This document shows positions 48,652 through 56,001 of a stretch of DNA of 64,000 nucleotides, piece after piece. This stretch comes from an uncultured Candidatus Saccharibacteria bacterium (GTDB lineage Bacteria; Patescibacteriota; Minisyncoccia; Phycocordibacterales; UBA2100). Position 1 is the stretch's first letter; each line of letters opens with the position of its first letter. The stretch covers positions 129,037 through 193,036 of the forward strand of contig CAYYEX010000001.1 in the NCBI GenBank assembly GCA_964471165.1, in the 5' to 3' direction. A program made the translations under genes and the position numbers. The notes beneath the pieces are model-generated. The model did not search any database and was not told where the DNA came from. It saw nothing but the letters and a program-made list of their open reading frames with translations.

Positions 48652-49068
48652 ATGTATGAAGCCATGTATCTTGCCTTGTTGTTCGTCGCGGCCTGCGGCG
48701 CCGGCATGTTCGTACAAGCAGTGGTCGAAGAAGGCCATTTTCGATCTGCGATCGTGATCTACGCGATACTACTCATATTCCTTGCCTCTCAGATCTCGCC
48801 GCTCGTCGTCGAGATATTCGAATGGTTGGGGATTATGCAGTCATTCAGTTCGCCCGTGCGCAGGTTCTTCGGCAGTATCCTCGCAAGCGTACCGATCTTG
48901 CTGATCGTTGTAGGTGCAATGATCCTATCTGCCACGCCGACGGATCTCATCGACCCACGTTCACGTGCAGAGATTGCGCGAGCGCGACGGAAGGACTTAC
49001 TCGCGCAGAAGCCTCGCCGAGGCACCTATCGAAGACGGAATCACTTCGTCGAACATACCAATCGGTAG
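48652..49068 (+). CDS. hypothetical membrane protein (3-4 TM) with basic C-terminus
   Basis: 138-aa ORF, terminator downstream. Confidence 0.4.
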   Translation: MYEAMYLALLFVAACGAGMFVQAVVEEGHFRSAIVIYAILLIFLASQISPLVVEIFEWLGIMQSFSSPVRRFFGSILASVPILLIVVGAMILSATPTDLIDPRSRAEIARARRKDLLAQKPRRGTYRRRNHFVEHTNR

Positions 49069-49092
49069 CGCCATACAACATAGTGAACATCT

Positions 49093-49124
49093 CGGCTGGA
49101 CTTGCTCCAGCCGTTTGTTTTTTA
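49093..49124 (+). terminator. intrinsic terminator
   Basis: CGGCTGGA-CTTGC-TCCAGCCG plus T-run. Confidence 0.7.
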
Positions 49125-49241
49125 CATGGAGGGATGTGCTTACCTCGTAATTTGACAAGCGTTCCAAAGACACGCATTGTCTTGGCAGCATCCAAATCAG
49201 GCATGCTCTATCGATAACCCCGACCTGAAAGGAGCTCACCT

Positions 49242-49853
49242 ATGGGCGAGCAACCGAGCGACGAAGACCGCGTGCGTGCGTTGTTGCAGCACGAGATGAA
49301 GATGTCTGCTCCCAACGAGATGCAGCTTTCCGAAGCAATCGCCGACCTTATCATTGGCAACCCGGCAAGTGCGCACGACTTGTTGCTGTTGATTGAAAGC
49401 TACATCGATCGCAGTTTCACCGTCTATACATGGCGGTTCATGCCCGCGGTTCTGATTGGCTTACTCAGCGCTGCAATCTGGTGCGAAAAGAACTCGAAAA
49501 CGTATAACTGCGAGTTCGCCGCCGCACTGCCCGTGACACTCGGGACACTTCTGCGTCGCTACATCGATCGTGCTCCAAACCAGCCCGACAAGACGCACGA
49601 CCTATGCGGCGAGGGGGCCATCGGCAGGTTCAGCGACTTGCTCACGCTGTATACCTCGACCGGCAACCCGGATGAGAACACGCGGCGCATCGCGTTCATG
49701 CTCGGACGTGCAGCGAAATACGGGTCGCATGTTCCCGATTGCACTGCGCCGATTGTCAGTGTAGTGGCGCAGCGCGCACTCACCTTCCTGTGCGCCGGTG
49801 CGCAGATTCGCGCGGTTAACGCTCAGCTCAACGCAGAGCGCATCATTCCGTGA
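49242..49853 (+). CDS. hypothetical soluble protein (first gene of cassette-like array)
   Basis: 203 aa; TTGACA-like box and AAGGAG RBS upstream. Confidence 0.45.
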   Translation: MGEQPSDEDRVRALLQHEMKMSAPNEMQLSEAIADLIIGNPASAHDLLLLIESYIDRSFTVYTWRFMPAVLIGLLSAAIWCEKNSKTYNCEFAAALPVTLGTLLRRYIDRAPNQPDKTHDLCGEGAIGRFSDLLTLYTSTGNPDENTRRIAFMLGRAAKYGSHVPDCTAPIVSVVAQRALTFLCAGAQIRAVNAQLNAERIIP

Positions 49854-49864
49854 GCGAAACAGGC

Positions 49865-50014
49865 ATGCTGCTCGATACAGCCCAGCTATACTTCGCCGGA
49901 TTCGGCAACGCCGAGACAGAAGTGATCTTTAAATCCGCAGCCATTACGGCGATAATCTGCGCGATTCTCAGTGCGGCAGCCGTCCTCTACATTTTCAGGA
50001 AGAGGAAAAAGTAG
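49865..50014 (+). CDS. small TM peptide (49 aa)
   Basis: below the ORF-track cutoff; 11 nt after upstream stop; hydrophobic helix plus KRKK tail; followed by array terminator hairpin. Confidence 0.3.
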   Translation: MLLDTAQLYFAGFGNAETEVIFKSAAITAIICAILSAAAVLYIFRKRKK

Positions 50015-50029
50015 TGCGCGACAGGCTAA

Positions 50030-50055
50030 GGCCGGCATCCAGCGAGGTGCCGGCC
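50030..50055 (+). repeat. array terminator-hairpin module GGCCGGCATCCAGCGAGGTGCCGGCC (copy 1)
   Basis: 8-bp GC stem, 10-nt loop, directly after a stop codon; identical copies at 52205 and 55269. Confidence 0.7.
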
Positions 50056-50170
50056 TGATTTGATGCCTCGGCCCCAAGAATATCTGGGGTCGCAGCCCGG
50101 GAAAGCATTCCCGAGGCGCGTCAATGCAAAGCAGGGCTGAATCCCGGCGACAGCTCGGGAAATTCTCACT
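50056..50170 (-). repeat. dispersed REP/MITE-like element, long form, inverted orientation (copy c)
   Basis: tgatttgatgcctcgg...cagggctgaatcccggcg; reverse complement aligns with copy f at 63178. Confidence 0.55.
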
Positions 50171-50176
50171 CTCCCC

Positions 50177-50192
50177 CTATTCGCGCGAATTA
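50177..50192. promoter_or_regulatory. perfect 16-bp palindrome CTATTCGCGCGAATAG (ATTCGCGCGAAT box 1), overlapping stop codon of 50177..50983
   Basis: seen directly; identical 24-nt context ctattcgcgcgaattagagaatag recurs at 55909. Confidence 0.5.
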
Positions 50193-50983
50193 GAGAATAG
50201 CTTGCGCAGCGCAGGCTCATGCATGACCGCGTGACTGTGACCAAAAATTATAAAAATATTGTCGTGAGTGTGTAGCTCCCGAGCAATATCCTCTACCGCA
50301 AAACAATCACGTATATGCGAAGTAACGCGCCCGACTCTATTCAATGCGGTTTCAGTAATATCTGCGCGTGGGATTGGGTCGACGTATTCGCTCACCATTT
50401 CATCGCTCTCCACGTCAACAGGGTGTCCCACAATCGCTTCTCCAATACGCAGTGCATTCTCATATGAATAGTCGTATCCCCGCCACTCGGTGCTGCGTTT
50501 AAATCTATCGAGAAATGGCTGCGCGTATTCACGAAAGCTATCACCGTTCCCTCGGCGATAGTACTGCGGTAGTACGCGAAAAAGCTCGTATGCAAATATC
50601 TCGTCTGGGGTATACCCTTTTGCAATCAGTTGTTCGTGAACAAACTCGTCACTCGGCTCCGGTGAATTGCACTCGATACCTTTTTCGAGTGCAAGCCGCA
50701 CGGCGAATAATGGTTCGCCTCCTTGCTCTATTGTTTCGCTCTCCGACATTTCGCTCAGCCACACGTGGAACGACTCACGCCGCTCGCGCAACTTTTCTAC
50801 TCCCTCGACGAGCACGAGGTCCGGAGCTGCCTTTTCAAGCGTGCTGCGTATCTGTGCAAACAGAGTATTGTTTGGGTCGCTTACGTGGTCAGAGCCAAAA
50901 TACGTGATTTTCTTTCCGTTGCGTGTGAGTTCAAAAATGTATGGCGATTCATGTCGGATACCGCTGTATTCCTGTGCGTTCAT
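50177..50983 (-). CDS. hypothetical protein (weak TraB/GumN-like N-terminal pattern)
   Basis: start at ATG 50983 (MNAQEYSG); ITYFGSDHV resembles the GxxH box of TraB/GumN family, not reliable. Confidence 0.4.
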   Translation of the reverse strand: MNAQEYSGIRHESPYIFELTRNGKKITYFGSDHVSDPNNTLFAQIRSTLEKAAPDLVLVEGVEKLRERRESFHVWLSEMSESETIEQGGEPLFAVRLALEKGIECNSPEPSDEFVHEQLIAKGYTPDEIFAYELFRVLPQYYRRGNGDSFREYAQPFLDRFKRSTEWRGYDYSYENALRIGEAIVGHPVDVESDEMVSEYVDPIPRADITETALNRVGRVTSHIRDCFAVEDIARELHTHDNIFIIFGHSHAVMHEPALRKLFSNSRE

Positions 50984-51090
50984 AACGTTGTCACCGAGCT
51001 GGGGCGCTTTATGCTCGGGCTGACGCAATACTCTTTTGTCTGGCGAGTCTATTCCCACAACAGGATTATAGCCCCCAGATTTGTTTGTGC

Positions 51091-51123
51091 TGGCATATCC
51101 AGATTTTCAGGCGTAGCATATGG
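51091..51123 (+). promoter_or_regulatory. array promoter-like box (P-box copy 1)
   Basis: tggcatatccagattttcaggcgtagcat; same box upstream of four other array genes. Confidence 0.5.
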
Positions 51124-51150
51124 TTTGGAATTCTCAGTGGAGCGAAAGAA

Positions 51151-51354
51151 ATGGCACAGCCACGCACATTCAACGTCTTCTCACGCAACGTGTGGATTAT
51201 CGCCGGCGGCGGCGTCGGAGGCGGAGTAATTGGTTGGGCGCTTTCCTCATACTACGGAGTGCCAAACATCGACCACGGGCCGTTCACGGCTCTGGGCATG
51301 ATCATTGCGAGTGTCCTTACGGCACTTTTGGTGTTCCGACGCAAGCGCTCCTGA
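51151..51354 (+). CDS. small 2-TM membrane protein (67 aa)
   Basis: GGAG RBS; Gly-rich helix AGGGVGGGVIGWAL; terminator downstream. Confidence 0.45.
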   Translation: MAQPRTFNVFSRNVWIIAGGGVGGGVIGWALSSYYGVPNIDHGPFTALGMIIASVLTALLVFRRKRS

Positions 51355-51357
51355 CGA

Positions 51358-51377
51358 ACGAGCAAGCTCGTTTTCCT
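51358..51377 (+). terminator. intrinsic terminator
   Basis: AACGAGC-AA-GCTCGTT plus TTTT. Confidence 0.55.
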
Positions 51378-51448
51378 ACGGCCGGAATCGCGAGATTCCG
51401 GCACCTTCGTTTTATACATCTGGGTCTTGTTTCGCTCCCGCGTGTATT

Positions 51449-51478
51449 TCAACTCCAGCAATTAATCCAATTGGATTA
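51449..51478 (+). repeat. partial copy of ~100-nt array repeat (R100) containing ATCCAATTGGAT
   Basis: tcaactccagcaattaatccaattggatta vs tcaactccagtaatccatccaattggatga in full copies. Confidence 0.5.
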
Positions 51479-51692
51479 TTTATAGGAGTGACTCCTTGGA
51501 TGCGGATTTCGATTCTCTCGCCAACTCGTACGTATCTCTAAAAGGTTAAACCTTGGAGCACTTTATTGACCCACGCGTATCCGTGACGCAGTATTCACAA
51601 GTTCGGGCTGGATGCTTGAACGAGTGTATCTACCTAGCTACGCGGGATGCGTAGCGGATACTGTGCGGCGGGATGCCGCAAGGAGGTACGTA

Positions 51693-52181
51693 ATGAAAGC
51701 CAAAGCCAAGGCCCAAGGATTTCGGGCTGCATTCCCTTGGATTGATCAACTCTTTCCCGGGGAGAACTACAACTTCGCGACCGCGTCGGTTGATGCCGAC
51801 ATTCTCGATCGTGTGCCCAGCTTCAACTATCCTGAGCTCACGAAGAACCGCATCACCCTGGTCAGTCGGCACGGAACGCTGATGACCGACGTTGCGGGCG
51901 TGAGTGGAATTGTCTCTGCACTCACGATCAACTTCGGTGGCTTCTGCCGGCAGAAGGAGGAGTTGGTCAGCGAAGCACTCGAACGGCTCGGCGATGCGGT
52001 GTCGGACGTTGGATTCATCGTGGTAATCACCCCGCGGGGTCGCCACAAACAGACGAACTTCACCATCTACCACACGCGCGAGAACACCTCTATCGCAGAG
52101 GTTTGGCGGCGCTTGGCGGCAAAAGAAGAGGCGGACGTCCGCAAACAAATACAAGCGGAGATGGAGCCACTTGCGGCCTAA
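51693..52181 (+). CDS. hypothetical protein
   Basis: start at ATG with AAGGAGG RBS (MKAKAKAQGF); followed by array terminator hairpin. Confidence 0.5.
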   Translation: MKAKAKAQGFRAAFPWIDQLFPGENYNFATASVDADILDRVPSFNYPELTKNRITLVSRHGTLMTDVAGVSGIVSALTINFGGFCRQKEELVSEALERLGDAVSDVGFIVVITPRGRHKQTNFTIYHTRENTSIAEVWRRLAAKEEADVRKQIQAEMEPLAA

Positions 52182-52204
52182 CACGGCCCCACATGTTCAT
52201 TCGA

Positions 52205-52230
52205 GGCCGGCATCCAGCGAGGTGCCGGCC
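52205..52230 (+). repeat. array terminator-hairpin module (copy 2)
   Basis: GGCCGGCATCCAGCGAGGTGCCGGCC then GATTCGTTTTG. Confidence 0.7.
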
Positions 52231-52330
52231 GATTCGTTTTGGACGTATCACTCTCTGATATATATCAACTCCAGTAATCCATCCAATTGGATGAACCACA
52301 GCAGTAGGCTATCTCGAGGATAGTTAATTT
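52231..52330 (+). repeat. ~100-nt array repeat R100 (copy A) with 12-bp palindrome ATCCAATTGGAT
   Basis: about 90% identical over ~100 nt to 55295..55392. Confidence 0.65.
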
Positions 52331-52400
52331 TTGATATCAGAGAAGAGGGCGACGATGCGATCTTTGAGAATGCCGCGAACTATTTCGGGCTTGAATTTAT
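52322..52400 (-). pseudogene. 3'-terminal fragment (about 20 codons plus stop) of a second CDA-fold deaminase paralog
   Basis: 52328-52400 about 90% identical to 53291-53370 (3' end of the full deaminase gene); encodes ...FKPEIVRGILKDRIVALFSDIKN* vs ...FNPEIVRGILKDRIVALFADIKK*; similarity ends abruptly upstream. Confidence 0.55.
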
Positions 52401-52462
52401 ATTCAAAGGCCCGACCTTAGAATATATGTAGAGTTGCAAATTAGGACACGTTTCTGTAGTGT

Positions 52463-53233
52463 ATGCAACAGCTGAATGGAAATGTGGAAGGACTCACCGT
52501 GTCCCAGCAACAATACGACTCTTTCGCAAGCAACTATGCAAAAGCCGCCGCCGGCAACGGCGTGAACGATTACTGCAACTACCCGAGCCTGTATGCCGCA
52601 GCTGGAGATTTCGTGGGCAAGAAAGTGCTCGATCTCGCCACAGGGAACGGCAAAGTTGCTCGCGCAGTCGTTGAACTGGGCGCTGCAGAAGTGATCGCGG
52701 TTGACGAGTCGCAGAAGATGATCGATATCGCACGGGCGCAAACTCCGTCGAGCTCGCCGATACGGTACTACACGGAAACCGTGGGCAAACTTGGACACAT
52801 GGACAAGTTCGACGTCGTCATCGCCGGCTGGCTCCTGCACTACGCGAAAAGCGAAGTGTCGCTGCGCGCAATGTGCCACGACATCATGCTCAATTTGAAA
52901 CCGGGCGGCGTTTTCGCGGCAATTAATCCGAATCCGATGAACCCGTTCGGAGGCACTCGTACGCTCGGCACCATGGTGAGCCCACGGCGAGTCCCCTGCG
53001 ACAACGGCGGCGAGATGATCATTACCCTCTACGGCGAGACCACGCAAACGTTCTCGGCGTATCACTGGGAGATGGAAACCTACAAGAAAGCGTTCCGTCT
53101 CAGCGGTCTCGATCTGGAGGTAATTCAGCCGCAGCCAACGGCGCTCGGACTCCAGCGGCTCGGTCCGCTGTTCTGGGACGAAGCGCGCCGGCATCGCATC
53201 ACCTCGATCTTTCGTGCCCGCCGCAGATCGTAA
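52463..53233 (+). CDS. class I SAM-dependent methyltransferase
   Basis: 256 aa; motif I VLDLATGNG, acidic motif II AVDES, motif III-like DVVIAGW. Confidence 0.8.
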   Translation: MQQLNGNVEGLTVSQQQYDSFASNYAKAAAGNGVNDYCNYPSLYAAAGDFVGKKVLDLATGNGKVARAVVELGAAEVIAVDESQKMIDIARAQTPSSSPIRYYTETVGKLGHMDKFDVVIAGWLLHYAKSEVSLRAMCHDIMLNLKPGGVFAAINPNPMNPFGGTRTLGTMVSPRRVPCDNGGEMIITLYGETTQTFSAYHWEMETYKKAFRLSGLDLEVIQPQPTALGLQRLGPLFWDEARRHRITSIFRARRRS

Positions 53234-53258
53234 TGCTGCGCCGAAGGTAATAGCAAGA

Positions 53259-53292
53259 AGGCCGGAGTTCCTCCATGGAACCCGGCTTTTAC
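53259..53292. terminator. bidirectional terminator between convergent methyltransferase and deaminase
   Basis: GCCGGAGTTCC-TCCA-TGGAACCCGGC plus TTTT. Confidence 0.6.
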
Positions 53293-53738
53293 TTTTTGAT
53301 ATCAGCAAAGAGAGCGACGATGCGGTCTTTGAGAATGCCGCGAACAATCTCGGGATTGAATCCGGAATCCTCTGCGAGGTGTTCGATTCGAAATTGTCTT
53401 TCGCGGAGCAAGTCCGGTAAATCACTGCGTGATGCACCGATTACCACTCGCGGAATCTTTGCTTGGAAAATTGCTGCCGCGCACATGAGGCACGGTTCGT
53501 TGGAGCAGTAGATTACACAGTCACTCAGATTATTTGTGCCGAGCACTTTGCAGGCATCGTTTACCGAATGGAGCTCCGCATGAGCAAGCACCGTCTTTTC
53601 TTTTGACTCGCGGCAACGATTTTGCGCAATCACCTCATCCCCGCGAACTATCACAGCCCCAAACGGCCACTCGCCGTCAGCCTTGGCCTCCACGGCCTGC
53701 GCGATGGCCATTTCCATGTATTTTTCGTCCATATCCAT
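53289..53738 (-). CDS. CMP/dCMP-type (CDA-fold) zinc deaminase, TadA/guanine-deaminase-like
   Basis: 149 aa; zinc motifs HAELH and SNEPCLMCAAAI. Confidence 0.8.
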   Translation of the reverse strand: MDMDEKYMEMAIAQAVEAKADGEWPFGAVIVRGDEVIAQNRCRESKEKTVLAHAELHSVNDACKVLGTNNLSDCVIYCSNEPCLMCAAAIFQAKIPRVVIGASRSDLPDLLRERQFRIEHLAEDSGFNPEIVRGILKDRIVALFADIKK

Positions 53739-53763
53739 ATGAGTATTCTAACTCACATCCCCC

Positions 53764-53792
53764 TAGCGAATCTCAATTTTCGGGCGTAGGAT
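53764..53792 (+). promoter_or_regulatory. array promoter-like box (P-box copy 2)
   Basis: tagcgaatctcaattttcgggcgtaggat. Confidence 0.5.
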
Positions 53793-53846
53793 TTGTGCGG
53801 GACCGTGCCCGCCCCGGACACACAACAACTCAGATGGAGCTTGCCC

Positions 53847-54053
53847 ATGAGAACCGGTTTCGCAGTGCTTCTCACTGCTGCGCTCTCGATTGCCCTCGCA
53901 CTCGCTCTTCAGCAGACGATTCTGTTTGCCGAGGCAGAGCTCGGAAAACAATGGGCAATGCCCGCGATGCTGGTTGTCGGCATCCCGGCGAGCTACCCGA
54001 TTCACCTGTTCCTCGAATGGGCGTCGCGATTCTCAGCTCCGCGGCTTGCATGA
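53847..54053 (+). CDS. small 2-TM membrane protein (68 aa)
   Basis: internal ATG with GGAG RBS (MRTGFAVLLTAAL). Confidence 0.45.
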   Translation: MRTGFAVLLTAALSIALALALQQTILFAEAELGKQWAMPAMLVVGIPASYPIHLFLEWASRFSAPRLA

Positions 54054-54084
54054 GCTAGGCCAGAAATGGCATCAGATTTTTCCC

Positions 54085-54110
54085 GGCCGGCATCCAGCGA
54101 GATGCCGGCC
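54085..54110 (+). repeat. array terminator-hairpin module (copy 3, GGCCGGCATCCAGCGAGATGCCGGCC)
   Basis: one loop substitution relative to copies 1, 2 and 4. Confidence 0.7.
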
Positions 54111-54203
54111 TTATTGCATACCCTAGCCTTTCGAAACAATACGGAGTAACCTTTTTGCAGGGAATGTTTGGAAGTCACACGTCCACAGCGGGAGCGAACC
54201 AAC

Positions 54204-54548
54204 ATGGAAGCAGCCTTATCACGCGAAGCAATGATCGGTGAGATCGCCGGATTCTATGGAACCAAATTGGGGCCAGCTGTAGCTCAACGGCTCGCAGATT
54301 TGCCCGACGATCGGGTTTCCAATGCGCACGCACTGATGCAGCGACGTCGCAAGGCGCATGACATGATTGCCGCGTGCATGGCGGCCTACGCCCTGTTCGC
54401 CGACGTGCTCGAAGAGCACTACATGGGACAGAGCATTGCGATTAGCGCGATGACTGGCGAATTCCGCATAGGCTACACCGACGCAGAACTCGCCGCGTGG
54501 AAACTGCCCGAGGGCGACGGCGTGTTCATGATCAAAATCGGACAATAG
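54204..54548 (+). CDS. hypothetical protein (114 aa)
   Basis: internal ATG with GGGAG RBS (MEAALSREAMIGE); degenerate P-box-like sequence upstream (54121..54150). Confidence 0.45.
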   Translation: MEAALSREAMIGEIAGFYGTKLGPAVAQRLADLPDDRVSNAHALMQRRRKAHDMIAACMAAYALFADVLEEHYMGQSIAISAMTGEFRIGYTDAELAAWKLPEGDGVFMIKIGQ

Positions 54549-54573
54549 CCAATTTCGGCGGGAGTACTCACCA

Positions 54574-54750
54574 ATGCCCCACGATGTTATTCGACCCGAC
54601 TGGTCGTATTGGCAATGGCCACCGACCAAAGCGGATTGGGACAAGCTGCGCAGACAAGAGGCCGAGTACCAGGCTCGGCGCGCCGTCGACCCGCTCAAGG
54701 GCGGTCCAATCGAGCAGTTCCTTGCATGGCTCCTCTGTGTGCCATAGCTG
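54574..54750 (+). CDS. small Trp-rich protein (58 aa), possibly coupled to upstream gene
   Basis: below ORF-track cutoff; GGGAG RBS; 25 nt after upstream stop; followed by variant terminator hairpin. Confidence 0.3.
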
Positions 54751-54761
54751 ACCGACATTCA

Positions 54762-54787
54762 GGCCGGGTCCCCCGTTGGACCCGGCC
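54762..54787 (+). repeat. variant array terminator hairpin GGCCGGGTCCCCCGTTGGACCCGGCC
   Basis: 10-bp GC stem; followed by same gatttgatgcctcggc flank as copy 1. Confidence 0.6.
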
Positions 54788-54826
54788 GATTTGATGCCTC
54801 GGCTATGCCTAGCCGGGCTGAATCCC
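54788..54826 (-). repeat. dispersed REP/MITE-like element, short form, inverted orientation (copy d)
   Basis: gatttgatgcctcggctatgcctagccgggctgaatccc; reverse complement of copy e core. Confidence 0.55.
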
Positions 54827-54851
54827 TTTAGTGACGTTTACCCACTATTCG

Positions 54852-54869
54852 CCCATTCGCGCGAATGGG
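54852..54869. promoter_or_regulatory. perfect 18-bp palindrome CCCATTCGCGCGAATGGG (ATTCGCGCGAAT box 2)
   Basis: seen directly; identical copy at 55984. Confidence 0.5.
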
Positions 54870-54877
54870 TCCAATAG

Positions 54878-54906
54878 TGGCGAATCTCTATTTTCAGGCG
54901 TAGGAT
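54878..54906 (+). promoter_or_regulatory. array promoter-like box (P-box copy 3)
   Basis: tggcgaatctctattttcaggcgtaggat. Confidence 0.5.
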
Positions 54907-54930
54907 GGCCGCGGCTTAGGGAGGAACACG

Positions 54931-55242
54931 ATGAATATCAAAGCTGTCTTACTCGCATCGCAGAAGACATTGATCGCAGTTGAACGCCACTACCCCGGTA
55001 TCGAACCGCGCCAGTGGCCGAAGGGACGCCCTGCAAACCTCGAGTGTGACCGTGACCTGTTGGTCGCCGACGCGGTTTGGACGCTGCACAGGATTCCCGC
55101 CATGATCGATGCGAAAGATTCTGACAAGGCTATGCATTCGCTCGGCACCTGTCAGGCAGTTTTGTGGCTCATGAGTGTCATCGAACAATCGGAGCTTGAG
55201 TCGATCAATCGCACGGCCGTCGCGGAATCCGCGGCAGCGTAA
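54931..55242 (+). CDS. hypothetical soluble protein (103 aa)
   Basis: GGGAGG RBS; followed by array terminator hairpin. Confidence 0.45.
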   Translation: MNIKAVLLASQKTLIAVERHYPGIEPRQWPKGRPANLECDRDLLVADAVWTLHRIPAMIDAKDSDKAMHSLGTCQAVLWLMSVIEQSELESINRTAVAESAAA

Positions 55243-55268
55243 CGGAGACCTCTATGTTCACTGATCGA

Positions 55269-55294
55269 GGCCGGCATCCAGCGAGGTGCCGGCC
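55269..55294 (+). repeat. array terminator-hairpin module (copy 4)
   Basis: GGCCGGCATCCAGCGAGGTGCCGGCC then GATTCGTTTTG. Confidence 0.7.
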
Positions 55295-55392
55295 GATTCG
55301 TTTTGTATTTTGTGTCTATCATTCTCTGATATATCAACTCCAGTAATCCATCCAATTGGATGAGTTACAGCAGTGAACTATCTGGAGAATAT
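55295..55392 (+). repeat. ~100-nt array repeat R100 (copy B) with ATCCAATTGGAT
   Basis: aligns with 52231..52330. Confidence 0.65.
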
Positions 55393-55419
55393 TTTTAATT
55401 CCTCGGCTTTTTTGTTCAC

Positions 55420-55448
55420 TAGCGAATACTTGTTTTCGAGCGTAGGAT
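55420..55448 (+). promoter_or_regulatory. array promoter-like box (P-box copy 4)
   Basis: tagcgaatacttgttttcgagcgtaggat. Confidence 0.5.
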
Positions 55449-55487
55449 TTGTGCGGGAATGAACGGCAACAACGGAAGGATTCCGCC

Positions 55488-55871
55488 ATGAACGTCGAGA
55501 CGATGATTATGTTTGTGTGCTTCGCTGCGATAGCGCTCGGTATCACGGTGGGCGGATATCGCACGGCAACGGTTACCCGCGCGCGAATCGATGCCATCAA
55601 AGCCAACGCGGTAATCACTGCGCTGATGGCGGCGCTCATGTGGTGGTACTGGAGCCCCGAAATCAACGAGCTCGCGTTCGGCTTCCGCAACAACTTCCTC
55701 GGCTACACGAGCGCCTTCGTGCTGTGCATGCTGACCATTCCGTTGCCCGTTTTCTTTATCGCGGCAGCAATTGCTCGTTTCAGCGCGTGGGCCGAGTCTG
55801 ACCAAGCCAAGGCAAATCGAAAAGCTGGGCAGCGGCGGTTCTTCGCGGAGCCCTCCCCAATTCCGCGTTAA
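55488..55871 (+). CDS. polytopic small membrane protein (127 aa, 3-4 TM)
   Basis: internal ATG with GGAAGGA RBS (MNVETMIMFV). Confidence 0.5.
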   Translation: MNVETMIMFVCFAAIALGITVGGYRTATVTRARIDAIKANAVITALMAALMWWYWSPEINELAFGFRNNFLGYTSAFVLCMLTIPLPVFFIAAAIARFSAWAESDQAKANRKAGQRRFFAEPSPIPR

Positions 55872-55908
55872 CCTCTGAGCGCGTCGCGCCATCACTCAGA
55901 CCCATTCG

Positions 55909-55924
55909 CCTATTCGCGCGAATT
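55909..55924. promoter_or_regulatory. perfect 16-bp palindrome CTATTCGCGCGAATAG (ATTCGCGCGAAT box 3)
   Basis: identical to 50177..50192 including aattagagaatag tail. Confidence 0.5.
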
Positions 55925-55937
55925 AGAGAATAGCCCC

Positions 55938-55963
55938 GGCCGGCATCCAGCGCGATGCCGGCC
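55938..55963 (+). repeat. array terminator-hairpin module (copy 5, GGCCGGCATCCAGCGCGATGCCGGCC)
   Basis: two loop substitutions. Confidence 0.65.
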
Positions 55964-55983
55964 TGATTTAATACTCACTATTC

Positions 55984-56001
55984 ACCCATTCGCGCGAATG
56001 G
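55984..56001. promoter_or_regulatory. perfect 18-bp palindrome CCCATTCGCGCGAATGGG (ATTCGCGCGAAT box 4)
   Basis: identical to 54852..54869 with shared actattc(g/a) left flank. Confidence 0.5.

Noticed and set aside
52403-53437. 344-aa ORF on the minus strand
   Set aside because: Entirely antisense to the well-supported SAM methyltransferase (52463..53233). No motifs. A GC-rich antisense artefact.
50030-55963. Could the recurring 26-nt hairpins be CRISPR repeats?
   Set aside because: Spacing is irregular (about 500-2200 nt). The intervening segments contain ORFs with RBSs rather than short spacers. No cas genes or leader in view.
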